Part shown: positions 1 to 8,986 of the stretch, piece by piece
Layout of the letters: the number at the start of each line of letters is the position of its first letter
Position numbering within the stretch: position 1 is the stretch's first letter
Source of the DNA: Candidatus Latescibacterota bacterium
Lineage (GTDB): Bacteria > Latescibacterota > UBA2968 > UBA8231
Length of the DNA: 64,000 nt
Assembly (NCBI GenBank): GCA_965217585.1
Contig: OZ244561.1
Coordinates: 2,048,001-2,112,000 of the forward strand
Reading direction: 5' to 3'
Notes under the pieces: generated by a model
What the model was told of the DNA's origin: nothing
What the model saw: only the letters and a program-made list of their open reading frames with translations
The model's database searches: none
Made by a program: the position numbers and the translations under genes

Positions 1-14
1 TAAACGGAGAGAGA

Positions 15-2258
15 ATGGCAATTATTAGGTATTGGCTGGGGGCTCTATTGGTGGCCATGCCCCTAGCGGCTCAGACTTCGGAGTTTACCCTAAGCGGTTT
101 TGTGACCGACGGCGACAACGGCGAATCCCTGCCCCTGGCCTCCATTGTCCTGACGCAGGCACAGTTGGGCGCGGCGAGCAATAGCAGCGGCTACTACGCC
201 GTCAAAGAGGTACCAGCGGGGACGTACGAGGTGGTGATTTCGTATATAGGCTACAAAAGCTGGCGCGACACCCTAGCGTTTAGCGACCGAGACGTGCGCT
301 TGGATGTGGCCTTGCAAGTCGAGTCGGTGAGATTAGAGGAAGTCGTGATCCAAGCCGAGCGCAGCGAAGAGCTGGAGCAGGCCACCCAAAGCAGTTTTAT
401 CGCCCTGCAGGTCGAGCCGTTGCAGCAAATGCCGGCCATTGGCGAAGCCGACCTGCTCCGCAGCTTGCAACTGCTGCCGGGCATCCAGTCGGCTTCAGAT
501 ATTAGCAGCGGCCTATACGTGCGCGGCGGCGGCCCCGATCAGACAGCCATTCTCCTCGACCACATTCCCCTGTACAATCCCTCGCACCTCTTCGGCTTCT
601 TCTCGACCTTCAACGCCGACGCCATCAAGGACGTCCAGCTATACAAAGGGGCCTACCCGGCTGCGTACGGTCGCACGCTCGGGGCGGTGCTCGACGTGAG
701 CAACCGCGAGGGCAACCGACAACGCTTCAGCAGCCGGGGCGGCATCAGCCTAATCGCGAGCCGCTTGCTAGCCGAAGGGCCGGTGGGGCAAGGCTCGTGG
801 ATGCTAGCCGGCCGCCGCACCTACCTAGAACCCGTGCTCAGCGCCATCCGCTCCCGTGGGGTAGACATCCCCTTGAACTATTACTTCTACGACTTCAACG
901 GCAAAGTCAACCAGCGATGGGGCGACGACACCTTTACGGTGAGCACGTACTGGGGCCAGGACGATCTGCGGGTGGACATAGAAGATGAGAATGAGTCCTT
1001 CGTCGATCTGCGCTGGGGCAACCGCGCGCTGACCGCGCGCTGGACGCGGGTGTTCTCGCCGACCCTGTTTGGGCACTTCATGGCCGCCGGCTCGTCGTAC
1101 GAAAACACCCTCTTGTTTAGTTTCTTCGCCACGCCGTTCGGCGTTGCCAACAGCATCCGCGATTGGTCGCTCAAAGGCGACGTGGATTACTTTGCCAACC
1201 GCAACCACACCCTCACCCTCGGCTTCCTAGCCACCCTGTTTGAGTTCGACTATTCCGAGTCCTTCAACCAGCAGGACCAGTCCGACTTGTACCAGAGGTC
1301 GGTGCTAGCCTCGACCTACGTGCAGGACGAATGGCAGGCCGGGCCGACCACGCGGCTGCGACTTGGGGGACGGGGCACCTATTTCAGCGTCGGGGATCGC
1401 CTGCACTTCACGCCGCGGCTGTCCCTGAGCCACGCCCTCAGCGACAAAATCCGCATCAAGGCCGCCGCGGGGATGTACCGCCAGTACCTGCAATTGATCA
1501 CCACCGAAGCCTTCAGCGGCGGCGATTTCTGGGTGCCGCTCGACAGCAGCGTCGAGCCGGGCCGCTCGTACCAAGGAGTCGTGGGCACCGAGTGGAACCC
1601 GTCGCGGCGCTACCAACTCTCAGTGGAGGCCTACTACACCGATTTGGCCAATCTGGTGGTGCTGGACAACGCGGTGGCTGTCGATAGCGAGGACACGCGC
1701 TCAGACGACATATTCAAAAGCGGGGGCAGCGGCTGGGCCAGCGGGGTCGAGGTCTTTTTGCAGCGGCGCACTGGGGCACTCACCGGCTGGGTGGGCTATA
1801 CCTTGGGCTGGACGCGGCGCACCTTCCCCGAACTGAACGGCGGGCTCACCTTTCCCCCCAAGTACGACCGCCGCCACGACCTGTCTTTCGTGGTCTCGTA
1901 CCAAGCGGGGAAATGGCGCTTAGGCTCCAATCTCGTGTACGCCACCGGACAGGCCTTCACCCCGGCCTCGGCCCGCTATTCGCTGCGCGAGCCGACCACT
2001 GGATTGGTGAAAGATTACGTGCTACCAGCCCCTCGCAATAGCGCCCGCCTGCTGCCCTACCACCGGCTCGATGCAAGCGCCAGTCGCGAGTTTGGGCTGT
2101 GGGGCCTCGACGTCGAGTTCTACTTGCAAATTTTCAATCTCTATAGCCGGCGCAACGAGTGGTTCGTGCAGTTCGACACGAAGAAACCCGAGACCGAGCC
2201 GGAGGTGTTCAAACAGTTGCCCATCGTACCCACGCTGGGCTTCAATTTTTCGTTTTGA
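15..2258 (+). CDS. TonB-dependent outer-membrane receptor with N-terminal carboxypeptidase-regulatory-like domain
   Basis: Signal peptide; SGFVTD..GESLP N-domain; plug motifs GLYVRGG and HLFGFFS..NADAIKDVQLYKG; C-terminal aromatic GFNFSF; SD GGAG upstream. Confidence 0.9.
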   Translation: MAIIRYWLGALLVAMPLAAQTSEFTLSGFVTDGDNGESLPLASIVLTQAQLGAASNSSGYYAVKEVPAGTYEVVISYIGYKSWRDTLAFSDRDVRLDVALQVESVRLEEVVIQAERSEELEQATQSSFIALQVEPLQQMPAIGEADLLRSLQLLPGIQSASDISSGLYVRGGGPDQTAILLDHIPLYNPSHLFGFFSTFNADAIKDVQLYKGAYPAAYGRTLGAVLDVSNREGNRQRFSSRGGISLIASRLLAEGPVGQGSWMLAGRRTYLEPVLSAIRSRGVDIPLNYYFYDFNGKVNQRWGDDTFTVSTYWGQDDLRVDIEDENESFVDLRWGNRALTARWTRVFSPTLFGHFMAAGSSYENTLLFSFFATPFGVANSIRDWSLKGDVDYFANRNHTLTLGFLATLFEFDYSESFNQQDQSDLYQRSVLASTYVQDEWQAGPTTRLRLGGRGTYFSVGDRLHFTPRLSLSHALSDKIRIKAAAGMYRQYLQLITTEAFSGGDFWVPLDSSVEPGRSYQGVVGTEWNPSRRYQLSVEAYYTDLANLVVLDNAVAVDSEDTRSDDIFKSGGSGWASGVEVFLQRRTGALTGWVGYTLGWTRRTFPELNGGLTFPPKYDRRHDLSFVVSYQAGKWRLGSNLVYATGQAFTPASARYSLREPTTGLVKDYVLPAPRNSARLLPYHRLDASASREFGLWGLDVEFYLQIFNLYSRRNEWFVQFDTKKPETEPEVFKQLPIVPTLGFNFSF

Positions 2259-2268
2259 GGAGGAAGTC

Positions 2269-3270
2269 GTGCGCTATGTTCTCATTGTTCTGTACCTGAC
2301 GGCCTGTGCGGCCGAGCGCCAGCCGTGGGAATTCTTCGGCTCGGTGGAAGAAGAGAGCGAGTTGGTGGTGGACGGGGTGCTGCTAGTTGACCAGACCCTG
2401 CCCGATCTGTTCGTGCGGCGCACCCTGCCCTTGGCCGCGGCCGTGCGCCTAGATTCGAGCTATGTTTTTGATCCGGCCGACATTGATTCTACCGGGCGCT
2501 TGGTGCGCCCATCCCACAGCACCTACAGCCGGGAAGCGGCGGGGGTACCCGACGCCCGGGTGCACATCGTCGAGGGGGATCAAGTCTTTGAGTACGCACC
2601 CGACCCGGTTACACCCGGCCGCTATTTGCCACCACCAGACCCCCCCCAAGTGGAAGCCCTGACCGAGTACCGACTGGAAGTGGACGTAGAGGGAAAGAAA
2701 GTGCGGGCGAGCACTACCACGCCAGATCGAATGCGGGTGCGACAGGCGGTGCTGTTGGACGAAGATACCCAAGAGATCATGCGGACTCTCAAGTCATTTG
2801 CCGAGGTTGGGGACGAGGTGTACACGGCACCGGAGAATCAGATTACTCATCTGGAGGGTCTGATCGAACTCCGCTTGGAAAAGGCGGGGGAAGCGTACCA
2901 AGCGGCACTCTTCGCTTTGGATGAGGACGCGCAATTGCTCGACGAGGATTTCCCGGAGCTGTTCGACGAGGAAATGGATGCATTGCGGGCCAACCAATCG
3001 CCGCCCTTCGCCGCCAGCGATGGAATCGTGCGCTGGCCGTGGTTCGCGGTGGTTTTTACCGGGCGTTCGCTAATAAAGGTGTACGCGCTCGACCACAACT
3101 GGTTCGAGTACGCCCGCTCCAGCCCCGACCTGCAGGAGCAGGGCGGCTTTGCAGGAGGGCTGGCTGGCGAAAATTTCGAGCTGCCGTTCTTTCAGGTAGA
3201 GGGCGGCATCGGGCTGTTTGGCTCGGCATCGGTGGATTCGGTGGGGTTTGTCGTCCTGCCGCGACCGTGA
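2269..3270 (+). CDS. DUF4249-like lipoprotein, partner of the TonB receptor
   Basis: GTG start after GAGGAGG; lipobox LTAC; VVDGVL near the N-terminus; C-terminal VEGGIGLFGS motif; directly follows the TBDR. Confidence 0.7.
   Translation: MRYVLIVLYLTACAAERQPWEFFGSVEEESELVVDGVLLVDQTLPDLFVRRTLPLAAAVRLDSSYVFDPADIDSTGRLVRPSHSTYSREAAGVPDARVHIVEGDQVFEYAPDPVTPGRYLPPPDPPQVEALTEYRLEVDVEGKKVRASTTTPDRMRVRQAVLLDEDTQEIMRTLKSFAEVGDEVYTAPENQITHLEGLIELRLEKAGEAYQAALFALDEDAQLLDEDFPELFDEEMDALRANQSPPFAASDGIVRWPWFAVVFTGRSLIKVYALDHNWFEYARSSPDLQEQGGFAGGLAGENFELPFFQVEGGIGLFGSASVDSVGFVVLPRP
3192..3270 (+). repeat. 79-bp direct repeat copy A (3' end of the lipoprotein gene)
   Basis: 71/79 identical to 4826-4904 by manual alignment. 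Confidence 0.95.
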
Positions 3271-3325
3271 CGGGTCGAATCATCTAATCACTGACACGAT
3301 CACGCTCAGCGTCCGCCTCTCGCCT

Positions 3326-4216
3326 TCACATTACTGAATATGTTAGCAAAAGTCTATCCTCCACGACCTCCGACTCGAGTGTCTGGCCAGACATCTGAAA
3401 GCGTCGGAGCATAGAGCGGCCGCAGTTGACAAAGGCCTCCTGTTCAAAGAGACCTTCAGGTATAGGTAATGCACATTCTTGTGCTCCGGTCTTCTTCGAT
3501 CCATCAATAGAGAGAGCAACATAGACTGATCTGTGTTTGCATCTCTCGATAGCTCTTAGGAGACGCTCAAGGGTGAATGTCTGAGCACCGTAGAGGATAG
3601 CTTGGGTATGTCGGTATGGAGGATCGCAGTAGACTAGGTCTCCTGGTCTTGCTTGCTCCATAGCTTCTTCAAAGTCTAAATTAAGAAACTGGGTATTTCG
3701 AACTCTAGGTCTCCAGAGATCGACCCTAGCCGAAAAGGAATCGGGAGTGATGGGAGTGTGAACACCGCAGGGAGTGCTCATGTAGCCGTTTGTTGTGAAG
3801 CGGACGACACCACCGTAGCACGCGCGGCTGAGGAAAACAAGGTCCGCTGCATTCGGACTCCTGTTGTACGACGCTTTGATAGCCTCGTAGCCCTCAACCT
3901 TTTTATCTCCGGCACAGCGATCCCATCGCGTCTTGTACCACTGCTTGAGACGCTCAGGGTTACTCCTGAGCGTCTCAAAGATCCCGATCAAAGGGGCAAG
4001 AGCGTCGGAGGCTACTGCATCCTCTGGAGCCAGCGTCGCAAGGACGCTACCCGTACCGAGAAATGGCTCGAAATAGGTGCCGAACTGATTCGGAAAATAC
4101 CCGATTATCTCATGCGCGAACCGTTGCTTGTTTCCGACCCACTTCAGGAGTTGCGTCTTGAACGGGTACGAGCGGCTCACTTGACCGACTGCTTTGTGGA
4201 ATAGCCCCAACTGCAT
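3326..4216 (-). CDS. Dam/D12-class (alpha group) N6-adenine DNA methyltransferase
   Basis: LKWVGNK, FEPFLGTGSV (motif I) and VYCDPPY (motif IV); lower GC than flanks. Confidence 0.92.
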   Translation of the reverse strand: MQLGLFHKAVGQVSRSYPFKTQLLKWVGNKQRFAHEIIGYFPNQFGTYFEPFLGTGSVLATLAPEDAVASDALAPLIGIFETLRSNPERLKQWYKTRWDRCAGDKKVEGYEAIKASYNRSPNAADLVFLSRACYGGVVRFTTNGYMSTPCGVHTPITPDSFSARVDLWRPRVRNTQFLNLDFEEAMEQARPGDLVYCDPPYRHTQAILYGAQTFTLERLLRAIERCKHRSVYVALSIDGSKKTGAQECALPIPEGLFEQEAFVNCGRSMLRRFQMSGQTLESEVVEDRLLLTYSVM

Positions 4217-4244
4217 CTACTGCCGTCTTCCGAAAGGTAAAGAG

Positions 4245-4772
4245 ATGGACGATAAATATATCCTATTTTGGAAGGGTCCCATGAGGGCGCACAACTTCTT
4301 GACGTGTATCGTGAACATGCTCGTCGAAGATGGGATCAAAGGCCTGCCTTGCGACTACGATCCTAGACGACTCACGACACTGACACAAGGAGAAAAGCCC
4401 GCCCGCACTCTGTCCCGCCGCCTCGACGGCTGCTTCCCTGGGACAGTTAATCCGATCGCCGCATCGGAGATCAAGGAATACTACTACACAACCACGTTCG
4501 GCAGCCGAGTCGCAGACGGAGTCTATGAAACCCTGCTTGACGGATACGAGATTGCGGAGGCCCGTGAGAGTTTGGGGGTTGACGTTCAGCATCTTTTGAT
4601 AGTGGACGCCTACGGTACATGGTGGGAACAGGGGAGGTCATACCTTTGCAGGATCATCGACATGCTTCACATGGGCTATGTTGATGAAGTACTTTTCGGC
4701 TATGAGACAGTTGAGCGCCTGCCGGAGATCGTAGAAAGCTGGGTTGCCAAGTACAAATCACGTACCAAGTAG
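4245..4772 (+). CDS. Putative type II restriction endonuclease (PD-(D/E)XK-like), possibly N-terminally truncated
   Basis: RLDG..P...NP...EIKEY pattern; divergent from and adjacent to the MTase; same lower-GC composition. Confidence 0.6.
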   Translation: MDDKYILFWKGPMRAHNFLTCIVNMLVEDGIKGLPCDYDPRRLTTLTQGEKPARTLSRRLDGCFPGTVNPIAASEIKEYYYTTTFGSRVADGVYETLLDGYEIAEARESLGVDVQHLLIVDAYGTWWEQGRSYLCRIIDMLHMGYVDEVLFGYETVERLPEIVESWVAKYKSRTK

Positions 4773-4825
4773 CCAGCAGCTCTCCGATACTCAGGGTAAT
4801 CGACCCTGTTCATATCCGCGCAACA

Positions 4826-4904
4826 TCAGGTGGAAGGGGGCATCGGGCTGTTCGGCTCGGCGTCGGTGGATTCGGTGGGGTTTGTCGTCCTGCCTCGACC
4901 GTAG
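4826..4904 (+). repeat. 79-bp direct repeat copy B (orphan 3' end, QVEGGIGLFGSASVDSVGFVVLPRP*)
   Basis: Encodes the same 25 aa plus stop as copy A; all differences are synonymous. Confidence 0.95.
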
Positions 4905-4940
4905 AGCGCGGCGACTTCACTGCTAACAAGGACCAAGCGC

Positions 4941-5732
4941 ATGTGGACAGAAGCGCAACAACAGGCATTTGCAGAGCGGGGGTACTTCATTGCCAGCGAC
5001 GCCGTCAGCCCGGATATGGTGGAGGAACTGCGCCAAGCGGCCCGGCGCGTAAAGGCCCGCATACGCGCCGGCGAATTGGACTTGTACACCGACTATCGGG
5101 GCGAGGGCCAGCCGTATCACGTCTCCGGCCTAATCGCGCCGCAATACGGCGAACCGATCTTCGCCCATTACTTAGCCTCAGAGCCTTTGCTCGCCTACGT
5201 CCAAGCGCAGATCGGCCGCGAGTTGCGCTTCGGTTCCCTCTCCATGTTTACCAACCCACACAACCAAGTGTTCAATGTGCCTTGGCACCGCGACGACGGC
5301 CTCGTATTCGACAAGGACGAAGCCACCGAACTCGCTTATTTGCAGGAGCCGCGCACGGAGTGCCGCTGGGAGCTAGCCCTCGCAGACGACTCGGCGCTTG
5401 GCGTAATTCCGGGCAGTCAGAAGCGCTACCGCACCCAGCGGGAATGGGAGACCATGAGCAACAGCCGGGCCGAGGACTTGCCCGGGGCCGAGACAATCCA
5501 CTTGCAGGCCGGAGAAACCATCTTCTGGAACGGCAACATCATTCACCGGGCCTGCCACCAGCCCGATCGCGAGCGGCTGACCTTGGTCGCGGCCTATAAG
5601 GCATACCGCACGGACGAGCCTCCGCAGGATGTGGGGCGCTTCCGGTTTCTGCTCGACGACGCAGTCCGCGCCGGCTTGCCCGCAGGCTTGCACGTCTATT
5701 ACGACCGCTGGAAATCCCTCCAACGCGCCTGA
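4941..5732 (+). CDS. PhyH-family Fe(II)/2-oxoglutarate dioxygenase
   Basis: F.ERGY N-terminus, WHRD, IPGSQ, distal IIHRA, terminal R. Confidence 0.85.
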   Translation: MWTEAQQQAFAERGYFIASDAVSPDMVEELRQAARRVKARIRAGELDLYTDYRGEGQPYHVSGLIAPQYGEPIFAHYLASEPLLAYVQAQIGRELRFGSLSMFTNPHNQVFNVPWHRDDGLVFDKDEATELAYLQEPRTECRWELALADDSALGVIPGSQKRYRTQREWETMSNSRAEDLPGAETIHLQAGETIFWNGNIIHRACHQPDRERLTLVAAYKAYRTDEPPQDVGRFRFLLDDAVRAGLPAGLHVYYDRWKSLQRA

Positions 5733-5794
5733 GCAAGCAGCCTAATTCATCCCTCCCCCCTGCGATTTCCTTCCCGCTAGGTCCCGATCCTTTT

Positions 5795-8143
5795 TTAACG
5801 ATTTTCAGCCGCTTGTTTAAGTGCTCGGCTGCGCTCGTAGAATTCGGCTAAATCCATTTCCTTGAGGAACACGAGGCCCCGCGTGGCGCGGATCAGGGGG
5901 CTGGGGTGTTCGTGGAACCACCTGTGGCCGAGGCAAGTTTTGATCTTCTGGTACTGATCGACTTGTACCTGCTGCGCCAATTCGGAGAAGGGGCCGTCGT
6001 GCTCGTAACTGGGGAATGAAGCATCGCGCTGGGAGATAAAGGTATTCATAAAAGCGCTGTGCATGACCGAGAACATATTGAGCGAAACCGGCACGAAGAT
6101 ATTGGCCTCGCTGGGGTCAAAGCGGTACCACACATTGCGGTAGCCCCAGACCTTGATCTCGGAGCGTCCGCTTTGTCGCTCGTAGCGGCGGAGTGCCTCG
6201 GTAATCACCTGTAGCACCTTGTAGTGGGTGTCCGGCCCGCTGGCCTCTGGGTCTAGGGCTACGCCGACCACGTCAGGGGCTACTTGATCGAGGAGCGCGA
6301 GTACGGGCGGCACATCGTCTTCGAGCGTCGGCTCTTGGGTGAAGATGTCACCGGTATAAAAACCGAGGCTCAGGTGTTTGACGCTGGCGCAATCCCAGCC
6401 AAAATACCCCCACAGACACTCGGCCTCCCACGCGCGACATTTGCTTTTGAGCATCTGTACCTCCGGCGCGTCCTTCTGGCCCGGATAGCGGCTGGCGAAG
6501 TAGGCCTCCAGCTCCGTCAACCGGGCCTCAATGCCCGCGAGGTCCTCAACGTCGTACAGCTCGACGAGGTTCCGTAAAAAGCGCCGCGCCGCCCCTTCGT
6601 CGCACAACAGCGGGTCCGCGGCGGCGACCCCGTCGAGGTACTGCCAAACATCGCGGTTGCGACCGTTTTCGTAGCTGGGGTCAAAGTAGTCCTGCGCCCA
6701 AAGCGCCGAGCACTCGGCGCTGGGCAAAAAGCGCCGCAGCCGTTGCAAGTGGGCCTCGATAAAACGATTGGTCACCGCAGTGAAGCCGCCGGTAAAGCAG
6801 GCGAAATAATGCACGTTGGTGGCGTCGCGCACGTGGCGGACGATATAGGACAGGTAGCCCAGCATTAGGTCGTCGTGGTGCGGCTCCGTGTGCAGGAAGC
6901 GCGTCCCGGAAAGGGTCTGGGATCCCCGCTCGATTTTGCTTATTAGGCGGTCGCGCACCCGCTGCGTCAGTGCGGCGGTCCCCTCTGGGCGCTGGCGCAA
7001 CAGCACGGCACCCAAGGCGTCTCGGGCAAAGTCGCCCTCGGTTAGGTCGATGACCTTCTTGCCCAAGCCGCAGGCTAGGTCGATGACGATCTTTTCCACC
7101 ATCTCGTCGTCCATGGCTGCCCGCTGCTCCACGAGCACGAGCCGCCTAGCCCTGAGCGCCTTGGCCGCCCCCTGGGTGATGTAGAACCGCGCCATGGGCA
7201 GGCGGTGCAACGCCGTGGCCGGATAGCGCACGTCTGGCGCTTGCTCGATCGCGGCGGCGACAATGCCAGCCTTGGCCTCGCCCGCGGCGATGATCAGGGC
7301 ACAGCAGTCGGGATTGTCAATGATCGTGCCCAAGCCAATGGTGATGACCAGCCGCTTGCGCGCCACCTCAATGCCGCCCAAATCGCCAGCGGCCGCGGCC
7401 TGCGTTTCGTAGTTGATCCCCGTCAGCCTCGTCGTCGAAAAGTGGTCCGAGCCGCGCACGTTAAAACCGATGTGCCCGTCCGGGCCAATGCCCCCTAAGA
7501 AAAAGCCAATGCCTCCGAGGGCGCGGATTTGCTCCTCGTACTCTTGGCACCACTGGTCAATCCTTTGCAGCACGTCTTGCTGCACTCGCTCAAGCGAGGT
7601 GCGGGCGGCCCGGTAGCGCAGCGAGAGATCCACGGTGCCGTCTGGCCACACCTCGTTTAAGGTTTGGCCGGCTTGCAGGCCGATCTCAGCGCAGTTGATC
7701 CGCAGGGCCTTGGCCGGATCCAAGCCAAAACCATCGATGTAGAAGCGGTTTACATACGCGTAGAAACTGTTGTCCTGCCGAGGATCAATCGGGTAGAATT
7801 CGTCGATTTGCACAAAGTGCAGACTGCGCAGATCCGGCTTGCGTCCTGGGTCAATGCCGGCCTCTTCGAGTTCGGCGCGGATATCTGCCTCATCCCAATG
7901 CCGCAGCAGCCGCTCGACCCAGCGGATAAAGTGCTCGGGAGTCTTGCCCGTCGGCAGCGAGACCACGCCGCCGGGATGGTCCTGGACCCATTCGACAAAG
8001 CGCATCGCCGCCAGCTTGCCCAGCGCCGGGAAGTGCTCGACCACAATGGTCTTGATGTGCTCGGTCGGAGGATATTGTGCCGCAAAAGGCGAGCTTGCTA
8101 CAGCCCTGCGCTCGACCGCGGTCAGCTCTCCAGTATCGACCAT
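5795..8143 (-). CDS. Glucosamine-6-phosphate deaminase fused to a PIG-L/LmbE deacetylase-like domain
   Basis: LPTGKTP, QIDEFY and GGIGPDGHIGFN (NagB); EPHHDD and GPDTH (PIG-L-like). Confidence 0.85.
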   Translation of the reverse strand: MVDTGELTAVERRAVASSPFAAQYPPTEHIKTIVVEHFPALGKLAAMRFVEWVQDHPGGVVSLPTGKTPEHFIRWVERLLRHWDEADIRAELEEAGIDPGRKPDLRSLHFVQIDEFYPIDPRQDNSFYAYVNRFYIDGFGLDPAKALRINCAEIGLQAGQTLNEVWPDGTVDLSLRYRAARTSLERVQQDVLQRIDQWCQEYEEQIRALGGIGFFLGGIGPDGHIGFNVRGSDHFSTTRLTGINYETQAAAAGDLGGIEVARKRLVITIGLGTIIDNPDCCALIIAAGEAKAGIVAAAIEQAPDVRYPATALHRLPMARFYITQGAAKALRARRLVLVEQRAAMDDEMVEKIVIDLACGLGKKVIDLTEGDFARDALGAVLLRQRPEGTAALTQRVRDRLISKIERGSQTLSGTRFLHTEPHHDDLMLGYLSYIVRHVRDATNVHYFACFTGGFTAVTNRFIEAHLQRLRRFLPSAECSALWAQDYFDPSYENGRNRDVWQYLDGVAAADPLLCDEGAARRFLRNLVELYDVEDLAGIEARLTELEAYFASRYPGQKDAPEVQMLKSKCRAWEAECLWGYFGWDCASVKHLSLGFYTGDIFTQEPTLEDDVPPVLALLDQVAPDVVGVALDPEASGPDTHYKVLQVITEALRRYERQSGRSEIKVWGYRNVWYRFDPSEANIFVPVSLNMFSVMHSAFMNTFISQRDASFPSYEHDGPFSELAQQVQVDQYQKIKTCLGHRWFHEHPSPLIRATRGLVFLKEMDLAEFYERSRALKQAAENR

Positions 8144-8146
8144 CGC

Positions 8147-8902
8147 TTAGCTCCTCTCGCGGGTCGCAGTCAGGTGCGAGGCCGCTGCTTGATCGAGCAG
8201 GAATGTACAGCCGAGATGGTTCTGCAACAGACTGGCCGGGCAATCTAGCGTGCAAGGCCCCTCCACGGCCCGCGCCACGGCTGCGGCCTTTTGAACACCC
8301 GTGGCCAAAAGCGCAATGCTCCGCCCTTCGAGAATAGTCGCCAAACCCACCGTCAGGGCTAGCTGAGGCACGTGCGATGGATCGGCAAAGTGGCGGCTAT
8401 TGGCCGCGACGGTCTCTGGATTGGGCACTACCACCCGCGAGCGGCTCGCTGGATCGCTGCCGGGTTCGTTAAAGGCGATATGGCCGTTGCCGCCGATGCC
8501 TAAAAGCCACAGGTCAACCCCGCCCAAGGCGCGGATCTTGGCCTCAAAGGCCAAGCACTCCTGCTCGGGGTCTGACGCCGTGCCGTCGAAGAGGAACGTG
8601 TTATAGGGACGGACATCGACGTGATCGAATAAGTGCTGCTGCATAAAGAAGCGATAGCTCTGTTCGTGGTCGCCAGATAGGCCGAGGTACTCGTCTAGGT
8701 TGAAGGTACGCGCCTGGGCAAAGCTAAGCCCCTCTTCGCGGTGCATCCGCACCAATTCGCTATAGGTCGGCACGGGCGTCGAACCAGTCGCCAAGCCCAG
8801 CACGGCATTGGGACAGCGGCGCAGCCACGCGGCGCACAGACCAGCGGCAGCAGCAGCCACCGCCGTCTCGTCGGCGAGGACGCGTACCTCAATCCCACTC
8901 AT
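8147..8902 (-). CDS. nagB: Glucosamine-6-phosphate deaminase
   Basis: LGLATGSTP, TFNLDEY, LGIGGNGHIAFNEPGS, CPASLLQ.H. Confidence 0.93.
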   Translation of the reverse strand: MSGIEVRVLADETAVAAAAAGLCAAWLRRCPNAVLGLATGSTPVPTYSELVRMHREEGLSFAQARTFNLDEYLGLSGDHEQSYRFFMQQHLFDHVDVRPYNTFLFDGTASDPEQECLAFEAKIRALGGVDLWLLGIGGNGHIAFNEPGSDPASRSRVVVPNPETVAANSRHFADPSHVPQLALTVGLATILEGRSIALLATGVQKAAAVARAVEGPCTLDCPASLLQNHLGCTFLLDQAAASHLTATRERS

Positions 8903-8986
8903 GGCGTACCTAACCTGTGAAAAGTGAACAAGTGTACGGAACAAATTAGAAAGGGGAGGGATTGCGGTAAAGAATGCTAGGCGACC

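Noticed and set aside
3192-4904. Diversity-generating retroelement VR/TR pair
   Set aside because: Mismatches are not adenine-specific and are all synonymous; no reverse transcriptase is in the window.
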